A stretch of 64,000 nt of DNA, from contig JAWLEP010000001.1 of assembly GCA_041686025.1 (NCBI GenBank), positions 65,121 through 129,120 on the forward strand, written 5' to 3'. The notes under the pieces were generated by a model. It was given only the letters and a program-made list of their open reading frames with translations. It was not told where the DNA came from and did not search any database. Shown in pieces: positions 1 to 10,745 of this stretch. The first letter of the stretch is position 1; each line of letters starts with the position of its first letter. Source of the stretch: Candidatus Fermentibacteraceae bacterium (lineage in GTDB: Bacteria > Fermentibacterota > Fermentibacteria > Fermentibacterales > JCC-6). The position numbers and the translations under genes were made by a program.

Positions 1-237
<237 letters not shown>

Positions 238-238
238 C

Positions 239-1024
239 ATGGCCCCCATGGGAGGCGGGAACCGGGGCGGCAGCGGCAGGGGGAGGTTCTACCTCTACCT
301 GGCGGTGTCCCTTCTGCTGCTGGTCTTCGGCGGAGGTGCCTTCAGCGGGGCTGCCGGCTGGCTGGGCGCCCGTTTCGCCGATCTGGTGGCGGGGGACTCC
401 CGGCGGCCGGAGACCGCCAGGCTGCGGGAGGCGGTCACCGCCCTCTCCCTGGAGAACGCCAGGCTGCGGGAGGCGGCCCTGAAGTCCGAGAGGTACCGGA
501 GGATGCTGGGCATCACCAGGACGGTGAGCAGGGAGACCGTGGCCGGACGGGTGCTCTACCGCTCCGAGGGCATAGTGGCCGGAATGGAGATGGTCCTGGA
601 CAGGGGCCGGGAGGACGGGGTGGAGGAGGGGGCGGTGTGCATGACCCCTGCGGGGCTGGTGGGAGTGGTGGACCGGGTCGACGAGGCCACCTGCGTCGCC
701 CTTCCCATAACCAATCCCGCGGTCCAGGTGGCGGCGGCGGTGTATCCCTCCGGCGCCATGGGCATAGTCCGGTCGGACGCCAGGGGACGGATGGACATGG
801 TCCACGTGGACATAGCCGCTGCCGTAGGCCCCGGGGACAGGGTCTACACCGTAAGCGCCGGCGGCACCCTCTATCCCGCCGGCATACTGGTGGGTGAGGT
901 GAGCAGCCTGGAGGAGGGCCAGCCGGGTCTGGAGAAGAGGTTCAGGCTGAAGCCCGCCGTGGAGATGGAGTCCGTCGAGGAGGTCATCATCCTGCTGCCT
1001 CCCGCAGCGGACGGCGAGACATGA
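239..1024 (+). CDS. mreC: Rod shape-determining protein MreC
   Basis: N-terminal TM, coiled coil (LENARLR), LDRGREDGV and GLVGVV motifs, YPAGILVG; operon position. Confidence 0.92.
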   Translation: MAPMGGGNRGGSGRGRFYLYLAVSLLLLVFGGGAFSGAAGWLGARFADLVAGDSRRPETARLREAVTALSLENARLREAALKSERYRRMLGITRTVSRETVAGRVLYRSEGIVAGMEMVLDRGREDGVEEGAVCMTPAGLVGVVDRVDEATCVALPITNPAVQVAAAVYPSGAMGIVRSDARGRMDMVHVDIAAAVGPGDRVYTVSAGGTLYPAGILVGEVSSLEEGQPGLEKRFRLKPAVEMESVEEVIILLPPAADGET

Positions 1025-1515
1025 CCGCAGGGACCGCCGGCTCCCTGGCGGCCATGGGCCTGGCCATCGCCGGCCAGCTCCTTCTGGAGGCCGCCCTTCC
1101 CTCCCGGGCGGTTCCCAACATCTACCTGCTTACGCTCATCTACCTCTGCCACAACCGGCACCCCCGATGGAGGACCGACGGCGCCTTCTGGTCGGGCCTG
1201 GTGATGGGCGCCATGCTCAGTCAGCCGCCGGGTGCCTACTCCCTGGCCGCCCTCCTGGCCGTGTTCCTGGCCTTCTCGGTCCGGGGAGCCCTGGCCAGGC
1301 GCTCCTCGCTGGGAATGCTCCTGGAGGTAGCGGTGGCCTCCCTGGTCTTCGACCTGGTTGCGGTACTGCTGCTGGGCAGGCCGGTGCTGGTGAGCCTTCC
1401 CGCCTACCTGACGCCGCTGGCCTGGCGGGCGGTCCTGACCTCTGCCGTGTTCCTTCTGGTCTCGCTCCTCTCCGGCTTCGCCCGACTGCTTCCCCGGGCC
1501 CCGGCCCGCAGATGA
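1021..1515 (+). CDS. mreD: MreD-like membrane protein
   Basis: 164-aa hydrophobic ORF between mreC and pbp2, ATGA overlaps at both ends. Confidence 0.75.
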   Translation: MTAGTAGSLAAMGLAIAGQLLLEAALPSRAVPNIYLLTLIYLCHNRHPRWRTDGAFWSGLVMGAMLSQPPGAYSLAALLAVFLAFSVRGALARRSSLGMLLEVAVASLVFDLVAVLLLGRPVLVSLPAYLTPLAWRAVLTSAVFLLVSLLSGFARLLPRAPARR

Positions 1516-3257
1516 GGACGGAGAGCTTCTCCCGCAGCGGCTGGCCCTGGAAGACCTACATGGCCGTGCTGATCCTGGGCGTGGCCGTGATCCTGGCCCG
1601 TCTGGTCTACCTCCAGGTGATCAGGGGCGACTACTACGCCCGTCTGGCCGAGAGGAACCACATGAGGGTGATAGAGCGGCCGGCCCCCAGGGGGGTCATC
1701 CTGGACAGGGAGGGCAGGGTCCTGGCGGACAGCAGGACGGTCTTCATGGTATCGGTGGTGCCGGCGGAGTTCGACTCCGCCGACGTCCGGCTGCTGGGCC
1801 GGCTTCTTCACATGGACCCCGCCGGGGTCGAGGCCGAGGTTCAGCGGGCCAGCATGAGATCTTCCTACATTCCCTGCGCCATCAGCACCGGCCTTACCGT
1901 GGCGGAGGTGGCCGGGCTGGCGGACAACATCCACAGGCTGGGAGGAGTGATACTGGATGCCGTCCCCCAGAGACGCTACCCCATGGGACGCGCCCTCTGC
2001 CATCTGCTGGGACACGTGGGACCCTCGCAGGAGGGGGGAATGGGAGGACGAATCGTGGGAAGGGCGGGGCTGGAGGCGGTATTCGACACGCACCTGCAGG
2101 GGACGCCCGGATACCGGCGCGAGATCGTGGACGCCTACGGCCGGGTGGTGGAGGAGTTCGGTGACCCCGGGGACAAGCTTGCCGTACCGGGTGATTCGCT
2201 GAGGCTGGCCGTGGACGCCTCCCTGCAGCAGCTGGCGGTGGATCGGCTGGAGGTCTCGGGCCGCCCCGGAGCGATGGTGGTCCTGGACTGGCGCACGGGC
2301 GACGCCCTCTGCCTGGCTTCCTGGCCCACGTTCCCGCCCAACAGGCTCAGCAGCGGAATCACCGAGGCCGGATGGGACAGCCTGGCCGGCAGCGCGGAGA
2401 AGCCCATGCTGTCCCGGGCCTGGGCCGCCTCCTACCCGCCGGCGTCCACATTCAAGCTGGTAACCGCCGCCTACCTGCTGGAGCGGGGGCTCATGGGGCC
2501 CGACTACCTTCCGGACCCCTGCTACGGCACCTACCGGCTGGGGGGTACCGAGTTCGGCTGCTGGACCAGCCACGGCCGGCTGGACGTGGTGGACGCCCTG
2601 GCCTACTCCTGCAACGTCTTCTTCTACCAGGCGGTGCAGCTGGGCAGCGTGGACGGTCTGGCGGAGTTCGCCGGGTCCATGGGTCTGGGCAGGAGGGTGA
2701 CGCAGGTGCTGAGGGAGGAACGGGTCGGCCTGGTGCCGGACGCCGCGGACCTGGACCGGATGTACGGCTCCGACGGATGGGGAAGGGGCAACCTCCTCAA
2801 CCTGGGCGTGGGGCAGGGCGAGCTCCTGGTGACGCCGCTGCAGATGGCGGCCCTGGCCGGCAGGATCGCCGGCGGCGGCAGCATGCCCCCGGTCAGGGTG
2901 ATTCTCTCCGCCGATACCGCCATCTCCCGGCCGCACGTTCCCGCTGCGGGCCTCTCGGACTCCACCATGCAGGTCCTGGTTGCGGGCATGCGCCGGGCGG
3001 TGACCTACAGCGACGGAACGCTGCACAGAGCCATGGGAGACCTTCCCTGGGCCGTCTACGGCAAGACCGGTACCGCCGAGGTGCCGGGTGAGCCCCATTC
3101 CTGGACCATCGGGTTCCTCAGGGAGCCCCGGCCGCTGGCCTTCGCCGTGGTGGTGGAGAACGCCGGCTCGGGGGGGGCCGCCGCCGCCGAGGTGGCTGCC
3201 GGCGTTCTGCGCCGGTACCTGGCCGCGGACGGTTTCCCCGCCGGGGGAGGTAGCTGA
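1512..3257 (+). CDS. mrdA: Penicillin-binding protein 2
   Basis: PAPRGVILDREG, SxxK (ASTFK), SCN, KTGT motifs; start ATG 1512 overlaps mreD stop. Confidence 0.93.
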   Translation: MRTESFSRSGWPWKTYMAVLILGVAVILARLVYLQVIRGDYYARLAERNHMRVIERPAPRGVILDREGRVLADSRTVFMVSVVPAEFDSADVRLLGRLLHMDPAGVEAEVQRASMRSSYIPCAISTGLTVAEVAGLADNIHRLGGVILDAVPQRRYPMGRALCHLLGHVGPSQEGGMGGRIVGRAGLEAVFDTHLQGTPGYRREIVDAYGRVVEEFGDPGDKLAVPGDSLRLAVDASLQQLAVDRLEVSGRPGAMVVLDWRTGDALCLASWPTFPPNRLSSGITEAGWDSLAGSAEKPMLSRAWAASYPPASTFKLVTAAYLLERGLMGPDYLPDPCYGTYRLGGTEFGCWTSHGRLDVVDALAYSCNVFFYQAVQLGSVDGLAEFAGSMGLGRRVTQVLREERVGLVPDAADLDRMYGSDGWGRGNLLNLGVGQGELLVTPLQMAALAGRIAGGGSMPPVRVILSADTAISRPHVPAAGLSDSTMQVLVAGMRRAVTYSDGTLHRAMGDLPWAVYGKTGTAEVPGEPHSWTIGFLREPRPLAFAVVVENAGSGGAAAAEVAAGVLRRYLAADGFPAGGGS

Positions 3258-4456
3258 TGCGCAAGCGTGAGCGTCCCGACCTGTTCCTGCTCCTGGCCCT
3301 GGCAGTGGTGCTCGCCGTGGGGCTTCTCACCCTCTACTCTGCCTCCCGGGCGCTGGAGAGCGGGAGCATCTTCACCAGGCAGCTGATCTGGGTGGGACTG
3401 GGACTGGGGGCCATGGGGGCCGGCTACTCCCTCTCCGGCAGGATGGTGGACGAGATGTCCACCTTCGCGTGGGCCGCGGTCTGCCTGCTGCTGGTGCTGG
3501 TCATCCCCCTGGGCTCCGGCCCCGCCGGCAGGTGGATCGTGCTGGGTCCCGTGGGGATCCAGCCCTCCGAGCTGGCCAAGGCGGTGCTGATACTCATCGT
3601 GGCCAAGCGGCTGGTGGAGATGCGGCGGAGGCGGACCCGGAGCAGGGAGCTGGGCGTTCTGTTGTTCGCCCTTCCGCTGGTGGCCCTCACCTGGATGCAG
3701 CCCGACCTGGGAACCGCCGCCTTCATGTGCCTGCTGACCCTGGCCATGTTCATGTGGGCCGGCTTCGGTCCCGAGTGGCTGTTCCTGCTTCTCAGCCCCC
3801 TGCTGGCGGCGCTCTCCTCCATGCACGTGCTGCTGTGGGCCGGCTTCACGCTGCTGCTGGTGGTGGTCCTGGTCCGCAGGAAGCTGGGCTTCGGCAGATG
3901 GCTCCTGTTCCTGGGCGGAAACACCGCCATCGCCGCGGCCACGCCCATGATCTGGAACCTGCTGAAGCCCTATCAGCAGCAGCGGCTGATCACCTTCATA
4001 AACCCCGCCGCAGACCCCCAGGGCGCCGGCTGGAACATCATCCAGTCCCAGGTGGCCATAGGCTCCGGCGGTGTCACGGGACAGGGCTTCCTTCACGGCG
4101 CGCAGAAGGGACTGGCCTTCCTCCCGGCGCGGCACACGGACTTCGTCTTCTCCGTCTGGGCCGAGGAGACGGGGCTCCTGGGCTGCCTGCTGCTGCTGGC
4201 GGCCTACTGGGTGCTGATCTGGCGGCTGGTGGTGACGGCGCGCAGGTCCGTAAGTCCCTTCAGCTCCCTGATGGTGGCCGGCATTGCCGCGTTCTTCATG
4301 CTGCACCTGTTCGTGAACGTGGGGATGGCCCTCGGCCTCATGCCGGTGACCGGCCTGCCGCTCCCCCTGGTCAGCTACGGCGGCAGCAGCATGGTCACCA
4401 GCCTGTTCCTCCTGGGCCTGGCCCTCCGGGCCGGGGTCTCGTGGCGCGTGATCTGA
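3257..4456 (+). CDS. rodA: SEDS peptidoglycan glycosyltransferase RodA
   Basis: IQPSELAK, QPDLGTA, HTDFVFS..EETG, GLPLPLVSYGGSS. Confidence 0.95.
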   Translation: MRKRERPDLFLLLALAVVLAVGLLTLYSASRALESGSIFTRQLIWVGLGLGAMGAGYSLSGRMVDEMSTFAWAAVCLLLVLVIPLGSGPAGRWIVLGPVGIQPSELAKAVLILIVAKRLVEMRRRRTRSRELGVLLFALPLVALTWMQPDLGTAAFMCLLTLAMFMWAGFGPEWLFLLLSPLLAALSSMHVLLWAGFTLLLVVVLVRRKLGFGRWLLFLGGNTAIAAATPMIWNLLKPYQQQRLITFINPAADPQGAGWNIIQSQVAIGSGGVTGQGFLHGAQKGLAFLPARHTDFVFSVWAEETGLLGCLLLLAAYWVLIWRLVVTARRSVSPFSSLMVAGIAAFFMLHLFVNVGMALGLMPVTGLPLPLVSYGGSSMVTSLFLLGLALRAGVSWRVI

Positions 4457-4469
4457 ACCCCCGCGGGTG

Positions 4470-4498
4470 GTGACGACAAGTCGGGGGTTGGGTAGAAT
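4470..4498 (+). promoter_or_regulatory. Putative sigma70 promoter for lgt
   Basis: GTGACG-N17-TAGAAT. Confidence 0.45.
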
Positions 4499-4530
4499 TA
4501 CCCTTCCGTCACGCACTCGAGAGGAAAGCC

Positions 4531-5343
4531 ATGCATCCCGATCTCTTCCACATCGGATCGCTTCCCGTAAAGAGCTACGGCCTGATGCTGGCCATCTCCT
4601 TCCTCCTGGGCCTGAAGCTGGCCCAGGTGAGGGGACGGAGGCTGGGCATAGACCCTTCCCGTCTGGCCGATCTGGCCATAGTGGTCATGGTGGCCGCCAT
4701 CGTCGGCTCGCGGCTCTTCTACGTGCTGACCCACATGGACCAGTACCGGGGAGACTGGCTGGACGCCATCGCGTTCTGGAAGGGGCTCTACGGCCTCAGC
4801 ATGCTGGGAGGCGTGCTGCTGGCAGTGGTCAGCGGCTTCGTCATGATGCTTCTCCGGCGCTGGCCGGTCTGGAAGCTGGCCGACGCCGTGATCCCCTCCT
4901 TTGCCCTGGGGATATTCATAACCCGCATAGGCTGCTACCTGAACGGCTGCTGCTTCGGCATACCCACCGACAGCTGGGTCGGCGTCTGCTTTCCCCGGGG
5001 ATCGCTTCCATCCCAGGCCCTGGGCTGGCCGCACAGCATCCATCCGGCGCAGCTCTACCTCTCGGTGGCGGGTCTGTACCTGCTTCTGGTCCTGCTGTGG
5101 GCCGACCGCCGCCGCCACTTCCCCGGCTTCATCTTCAGCCTCTTCCTGGCCCTGTACGGAGCCACCAGGCTCGGAGTCGAAGAGCTGCGCTACTTCGACC
5201 ATGCGCCTGACATGATGCTGGGCTACAGCGAGATAGCCGGCCGACCGGGCGTAACCGACAACCAGCTGATCAGCCTGGCCATGGTCCTGGGAGGACTGCT
5301 CCTGGGGGGCGGTCTGCTGCTGTGGCACAGGCGGAGGGGCTGA
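4531..5343 (+). CDS. lgt: Prolipoprotein diacylglyceryl transferase
   Basis: MHPDLF..SYGLM, VGSRLFYV, RIGCYLNGCCFG, HPAQLY. Confidence 0.93.
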   Translation: MHPDLFHIGSLPVKSYGLMLAISFLLGLKLAQVRGRRLGIDPSRLADLAIVVMVAAIVGSRLFYVLTHMDQYRGDWLDAIAFWKGLYGLSMLGGVLLAVVSGFVMMLLRRWPVWKLADAVIPSFALGIFITRIGCYLNGCCFGIPTDSWVGVCFPRGSLPSQALGWPHSIHPAQLYLSVAGLYLLLVLLWADRRRHFPGFIFSLFLALYGATRLGVEELRYFDHAPDMMLGYSEIAGRPGVTDNQLISLAMVLGGLLLGGGLLLWHRRRG

Positions 5344-5957
5344 CCTTTCTCGCCGGCCGGGTGTGCTGCCTCTGCGGGGCCGGGATATCCCGCGGCCGGC
5401 GCCTCTGCGACTGGTGCCGCCTGCGCCTGTACGCGTCGTCGGGGAAGCGCGACGCCTTCGGGGTCCCGGTGCGCAGCGCGCTGCTGCACGCGGGTTCGGG
5501 CGGATGGCTGGTCCGCCGGCTGAAGTTCGACCGGGTACGGGCGGCGGCCGCGGCGGCCGCGGTGATCATCCGACAGCGCCTGGGTGACTGGACCGCCGCC
5601 TCGGACTGGCTGGTACCCATGCCACTGTCGCGAAGGCGCTTTCGGGAACGGGGCTTCAACCAGGCCGGGCTGATCTCCCGGCATCTCTCCGGTCTGACGG
5701 GGGTTCCCGTGGCCCCCCTTCTCTCCCGGCGCCACCGTCGGGCGCAGGTGGGGCTGGACAGGGCGGAGAGGCTCCGGAACGTCAGGGGCGCCTACCGATG
5801 CGGCAGACCCCCGCAGAAGGGAGCACGGATCTGTCTGGTGGACGACGTGATGACAACCGGAAGCTCACTGGGAGACGCAGGAAGGGCCCTCAGGGAGGCG
5901 GGCGCGGACGAGGTAAGGGCCGTCACCCTGACCTACCGGTCACCACGTTCACTGTGA
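5322..5957 (+). CDS. comF: ComF family amidophosphoribosyltransferase-like protein
   Basis: CxxC..CxxC zinc finger, RERGFNQA, LVDDVMTTGSS PRPP motif. Confidence 0.88.
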   Translation: MAQAEGLTFLAGRVCCLCGAGISRGRRLCDWCRLRLYASSGKRDAFGVPVRSALLHAGSGGWLVRRLKFDRVRAAAAAAAVIIRQRLGDWTAASDWLVPMPLSRRRFRERGFNQAGLISRHLSGLTGVPVAPLLSRRHRRAQVGLDRAERLRNVRGAYRCGRPPQKGARICLVDDVMTTGSSLGDAGRALREAGADEVRAVTLTYRSPRSL

Positions 5958-6055
5958 TATTATCGAGAAGGGTGGAAGGAGTCCGGCCCTTTGGTGCCAG
6001 ATGCCGGCACCGGGGCCGGAGGAAGAAGGCTACCATATGACGACCGGGGGGTAAG

Positions 6056-7231
6056 ATGGTGCACAAGATGAGATTCGACGTCAGAGACATTCCAGCGGCC
6101 GCCAGGTACGGTCTCAGTGCCAGGAAGCTCTGGATCTACGTCAAGGCCCTGCTCTTCGGGTGGGCCTGCCTGTTCATCTTCGTCAACCTCGGGTATCTGG
6201 CCGCAGGAGCCTCCCTGGGGCACGTCTGGGACGGCGGGAGGCTGCTGCCCCTGCCGCAGGGCGTATTCTGGGAGAGCGTCCCGGCCGTTGTGCTTCTGGC
6301 CGTGGGGCTGCTTCTGGCCCTGGTGGCCCTTCTCCGCGGGTCGCTGAAGGTGGCGAGGATCGCCTTCGAGCAGACCAGGGGGGACGACTTCTACTCGGGC
6401 AAGGATGCCGAGGCCTTCGCCAAAGAGCACTTCAAGCCGGTGCTGGTCACCCCGCTGGTGCTTCTGGTGGGCATAGCGCTGGCCGTGGCCGGCGGCATCA
6501 TCCTGGGCCTGCTGGCCAGCATTCCCGGCGGCGTGGGGCCGGTGATAGCCGGCCTCGGAGCCGTACCCGCCTGGGGACTGGCCCTGCTGGTGGTGCTGGG
6601 GGTCGTGGCCTTCGTGGCGTCGTTCTGCCTGGTGCCCGCCATAGTCGCCAGCACCAAGGGCGACACCTTCGAGAGCCTCTTCGAGCTCTTCTCCACACTG
6701 ACCAGCCAGCCCTGGAGGCTGGTGCTGTACGGCCTGCTCTCAGCGGCGGTGCGCCTGGTGGGCCTGGCGGTGTTCGCCGCCTTCGCGGCGGCGGCTCTGA
6801 AGTTCGTCTCCCTTACCATGTCGCCGATCACCGGAGGGGACATCTTCTACGATACGGTCGCCTCGGGCCTGCGGGTTCTGGCTCCGGCGGTAGTGGGTGT
6901 CGGCTCCACCATCTTCAGCCCGGTGGGGGCTGTGGCCTCCGGTCCCGCCTGGACCGGCCTGGGAGGCGTTCTGTGCGCCATATCGGGAGTGCTGATCTTC
7001 CTGACAGTGGCCTCCTACTGGCTCTCCTCCTGCACCTCCGGCTGGACCCTCATCTACCTGGCACTGCGGCACCGCAAGGACGGAGAGGATCTGCTGCAGC
7101 GCGCCGACGACGAGGAGTACAGGGAGTTCGAGAAGGAGTACGGCAGCGCCGACGAGGCGGCGGAGCGGCAGACCCCTTCGGCAGCGGAGCCGGAGGCGTC
7201 TTCCGATGACAATGACGAGGAAGAGGAGTAG
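6056..7231 (+). CDS. Hypothetical polytopic membrane protein with acidic C-tail
   Basis: 391-aa ORF, several TM segments, coding-like GC3. Confidence 0.8.
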   Translation: MVHKMRFDVRDIPAAARYGLSARKLWIYVKALLFGWACLFIFVNLGYLAAGASLGHVWDGGRLLPLPQGVFWESVPAVVLLAVGLLLALVALLRGSLKVARIAFEQTRGDDFYSGKDAEAFAKEHFKPVLVTPLVLLVGIALAVAGGIILGLLASIPGGVGPVIAGLGAVPAWGLALLVVLGVVAFVASFCLVPAIVASTKGDTFESLFELFSTLTSQPWRLVLYGLLSAAVRLVGLAVFAAFAAAALKFVSLTMSPITGGDIFYDTVASGLRVLAPAVVGVGSTIFSPVGAVASGPAWTGLGGVLCAISGVLIFLTVASYWLSSCTSGWTLIYLALRHRKDGEDLLQRADDEEYREFEKEYGSADEAAERQTPSAAEPEASSDDNDEEEE

Positions 7232-7292
7232 CGGTCCGGTCCAGGCCCCGGCGGCCGTTCGAGACTGAGGGCCCCTAGCTCAGAGAGGTTTC

Positions 7293-10200
7293 ATGACCGA
7301 CTTCGTACATCTTCACCTTCACTCCGAGTACAGCCTCCTGGACGGGGCCATACGCTTCGAGCCCCTGGCCGAGCACCTGGAGCAGGCGGGCATGTCGGCC
7401 GCCGCGGTAACCGACCACGGCGCCATGTTCGGCGCAGTGGAGTTCTGCAGCGTGATGGAGGGCCGGGGCCTCAAGCCCATCATCGGCATGGAGGCCTACC
7501 TGGCCCCCGGCTCCATGGAGGATCGGGGAAGCGACGCGGGCAAGCCCTACCATCTCACCCTCCTGGCCGCCACCGAGCAGGGCTACCGCAACCTCTGCCG
7601 GCTTTCCTCCATGGCGTACGTGAAGGGCTTCTACTACCGGCCCCGAATCGACAGAAAGGCGCTGGAGGAGAACTCCCAGGGCCTGCTGATCGGGTCCGCC
7701 TGCCTCCAGGGAGAGGTGGCCCGGAAGCTGCTGGCCGGCGACCGGGAGGGGGCCAGAGAGGCGGTCCGGTGGTACCAGGACCTGGTGGGCAGGGAGAGCT
7801 TCTTCCTGGAGCTGATGGATCACGGCCTGGAGGACGAGAAGAGGATCCTCCGGGACCTGGCCGAGCTGGGAGCGGAGACGGAGGCCCCGGTGGCCGCCAC
7901 CAACGACGCCCACTACCTCCGGAGGGACCAGGCCGGGGCCCACGAGGTGCTCCTCTGCCTGCAGACGGGGAAGAAGCTGGAGGACCCCGATCGGATGCGG
8001 TTCTCCACCGAGGAGTTCTACGTAAAGACGCCCCTGGAGATGGAGAGGCTCTTCGACTGGATCCCCGAGAGCCTGACCAACACGGTGAAGATAGCCGAGA
8101 GATGCCGGTTCTCCCTGGGCAAGGGGGAGTTCCTGCTGCCGGAGTTCGGGATACCGCGGGAGGCCGGGAGCATGGACGACTACCTCCGCCGCCTCTCCTG
8201 CGACGGCCTCCGGCAACGGCTGGGGCGCGACCCGAACCCCCGGGAGAGGGAGCGGCTGGACCACGAGCTGGGCATCATCTCGGACATGGGCTTCCCGGGC
8301 TACTTCCTGATCGTCTCCGAGCTGCGAAGGTGGGCCCTGTCGCACGACATTCCCATGGGGCCGGGAAGGGGCTCCGCGGCGGGGAGCCTGGTCTCCTACG
8401 CCATCGACATCACAGACATCAACCCGCTCTCCTACGGGCTCAGCTTCGAGCGCTTCCTGAACCCCGCCCGGAAGCAGATGCCGGACATAGACCTGGACGT
8501 CTGCTACGAGAGACGGGGGGAGATAATCAGCCACATCATCGAGCGCTACGGCCGGGAGAGCGTCTGTCAGCTGATAACCTTCAACCGGATGAAGAACAGG
8601 CTGGTGGTCCGGGACGTGGCCAGGGTGATGGGGATGAGCTACGACGAGGGCGACAGGCTGGCCAAGCTGGTGGCCACCGCCCCCGACCCCGACGCCCCCC
8701 TCCCCGAGATCGTGGAGGCGGTGCCGGAGCTTTCGGAGCTGCGGGACGAGGACCCCCGGGTGGGCAGGCTCCTGGATTACTCCCGGGACCTGGAGAACAT
8801 CGCCCGGAACTCCTCGGTGCACGCCGCCGGCGTGATAATCACCCCCGGCAGGCTGGACGACCACGTTCCCCTCTACAGGACCAAGGAGGGGGAGATCACA
8901 ACTCAGTTCGAGAAGAAGGCGGCGGAGAAGATCGGGCTGCTGAAGCTGGACGTCCTGGGCCTGCGCACCATAACCGTGATCCGTCACGCCGCAGACATGG
9001 CCCGCCGCCGGGACCCGTCGCTGCGGCCCGAGGAGCTGGGGTTCGACGACCCCGAGACCTACCGGCTCATACGCTCCGGCGAGACCATCGGCGTCTTCCA
9101 GCTGGAGAGCTCGGGCATGCGCGAGGCGCTGCGGAAGATCGAGGTCAGCAGCCTGGAGGACGTTGTGGCCTCGGTGGCCATCTTCCGGCCGGGCTCCATG
9201 CACATGATCGACCTCTACGCGGACAACAAGAGGGGAATGGAGGACCCCGACCGCAGCTTCTCCATCGACTACCCCCATCCCGACCTGGAGGACATCCTCT
9301 CCGAGACCTACGGCGTCATAGTCTACCAGGAGCAGGTAATGGGCATAGCCAACCGGCTGGCGGGGATGTCCATGGCCGACGCCGACATCCTGCGGAGGGC
9401 CATGTCCAAGAAGGACCCCGAGGTGATGGCCGGCATGCGCCGGCGGTTCATGGAGGGGGCCGGGGAGAGGGGAGTGGACGGGAAGACGGCCCGGGAGGTC
9501 TTCGACCAGATCGAGCGTTTCGCCGGCTACGGCTTCAACAAGTCCCACGCCGTCAGCTACGCGGTTCTGGCCTACCAGACCGCCTACCTGAAGGCCCACT
9601 ACCCCGCCGAGTTCATGGCCGCCAACCTGGCCAGCGAGATCGGCAAGATCGACAAGATAACGGCTCTGGTGGAGGAGTGCCGCAGGATGGGCCTGAAGAT
9701 AGTCCCGCCCTCCGTCAACCACAGCAGCGTTAACTTCGATGTGGACGAGGAGGGTAGGATTGTTTACGCCCTCTCGGCGGTGAAGAACGTGGGCGAGGTT
9801 CCGGCTTCCGCCATAGTGCGGGAGAGGGAGGAGAACGGGCCGTACACGGACCTCTACGACCTCTGCACCCGGGTGGAGGCCGGCTGCGTTAACAAGCGCT
9901 CCCTGGAGTCCCTCACCGGTGCTGGGGCCCTGGACTGCCTGGAGGGCAACAGGGCCAGCCTGCTGGCCAGCCTGGAGAGGGGGCTGGAGTACGGCCAGAG
10001 GATCCGAAAGCTGAGGGCCGCCGGACAGATGTCGCTCTTCTCCTCCGGAGGCGGGGGCGAATCGCCGCACAGGCCCGAGCTGGTGGAGACCGAGGACCTG
10101 GACCTGGACGAGAAGCTGGCCCTGGAGAGGTCGCTGCTGGGCTTCTTCCTCACCGGCCACCCCCTGGACCGCTTCGGAACCGAGATATCCCAGCTGGCTA

Positions 10201-10745
10201 CATGCCGGGTGGAGGACCTGGACTCGGTCCGGGGGCGATACGCTTCCACCGCCGGCATGGTAAAGGAGAAGAGGCTGGTGCCCACCCGGAACGGGGACAT
10301 GGCGTTCGTCACACTCGAGGGCAGGCAGGGAAGCGCCGACGTAATAGCCTTCAGCGACTGCCTGGATCGGTACGGTCAGCTGCTGGAGCCGGGAAGGGCC
10401 GTCTTCCTGGAGGGGGAGATAAGCGAGCGAAAGGGGGACCGGAAGCTCTGCGTCAGCAGGGTGATCCCGCTGGAGCGGTGCCGGGAGGAGCTGGGCGCGG
10501 GGCTGGACATCAGGCTCAGCAGCGATTCAGTGGAGATGGAGGCCCTGGACAGGGCCCTGAAGGCGATACGCTCCTCTCCCGGAGGCGGCAGGGTGCGGGT
10601 CACGGTCCGCCATCCCTCCGGGCGGAAGGCCAGCGCGGTCTCCCGCTCGCTGCGGGTGAACCCCACCGACAGCCTGCTTGCGCGGCTGCGGGAGGTTCTG
10701 GGTGGAGATTGCGTCAGCCTGACAGGTGGAAGGGGAACCCGATGA
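7293..10745 (+). CDS. dnaE: DNA polymerase III alpha subunit
   Basis: PHP HLHLHSEYSLLDG, GPGRGSAAGSLV, MPDIDLD, GYGFNKSHA; no intein-size insertion. Confidence 0.98.
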   Translation: MTDFVHLHLHSEYSLLDGAIRFEPLAEHLEQAGMSAAAVTDHGAMFGAVEFCSVMEGRGLKPIIGMEAYLAPGSMEDRGSDAGKPYHLTLLAATEQGYRNLCRLSSMAYVKGFYYRPRIDRKALEENSQGLLIGSACLQGEVARKLLAGDREGAREAVRWYQDLVGRESFFLELMDHGLEDEKRILRDLAELGAETEAPVAATNDAHYLRRDQAGAHEVLLCLQTGKKLEDPDRMRFSTEEFYVKTPLEMERLFDWIPESLTNTVKIAERCRFSLGKGEFLLPEFGIPREAGSMDDYLRRLSCDGLRQRLGRDPNPRERERLDHELGIISDMGFPGYFLIVSELRRWALSHDIPMGPGRGSAAGSLVSYAIDITDINPLSYGLSFERFLNPARKQMPDIDLDVCYERRGEIISHIIERYGRESVCQLITFNRMKNRLVVRDVARVMGMSYDEGDRLAKLVATAPDPDAPLPEIVEAVPELSELRDEDPRVGRLLDYSRDLENIARNSSVHAAGVIITPGRLDDHVPLYRTKEGEITTQFEKKAAEKIGLLKLDVLGLRTITVIRHAADMARRRDPSLRPEELGFDDPETYRLIRSGETIGVFQLESSGMREALRKIEVSSLEDVVASVAIFRPGSMHMIDLYADNKRGMEDPDRSFSIDYPHPDLEDILSETYGVIVYQEQVMGIANRLAGMSMADADILRRAMSKKDPEVMAGMRRRFMEGAGERGVDGKTAREVFDQIERFAGYGFNKSHAVSYAVLAYQTAYLKAHYPAEFMAANLASEIGKIDKITALVEECRRMGLKIVPPSVNHSSVNFDVDEEGRIVYALSAVKNVGEVPASAIVREREENGPYTDLYDLCTRVEAGCVNKRSLESLTGAGALDCLEGNRASLLASLERGLEYGQRIRKLRAAGQMSLFSSGGGGESPHRPELVETEDLDLDEKLALERSLLGFFLTGHPLDRFGTEISQLATCRVEDLDSVRGRYASTAGMVKEKRLVPTRNGDMAFVTLEGRQGSADVIAFSDCLDRYGQLLEPGRAVFLEGEISERKGDRKLCVSRVIPLERCREELGAGLDIRLSSDSVEMEALDRALKAIRSSPGGGRVRVTVRHPSGRKASAVSRSLRVNPTDSLLARLREVLGGDCVSLTGGRGTR

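Noticed and set aside
409..476. 26-bp near-perfect direct repeat at 42-bp spacing in mreC
   Set aside because: In-frame two-heptad duplication within the coiled coil (ETARLREA/ENARLREA); not an element or array
5322..5343. Third CTGA overlap at the lgt/comF junction
   Set aside because: An in-frame GTG exists 18 nt upstream, so a CUG start is not required
7275..10160. Very long antisense ORFs (e.g. 961 aa opposite dnaE, 943 aa opposite smc, 807 aa opposite the PP2C gene)
   Set aside because: Shadow frames expected from high GC3 codon bias; no recognisable motifs
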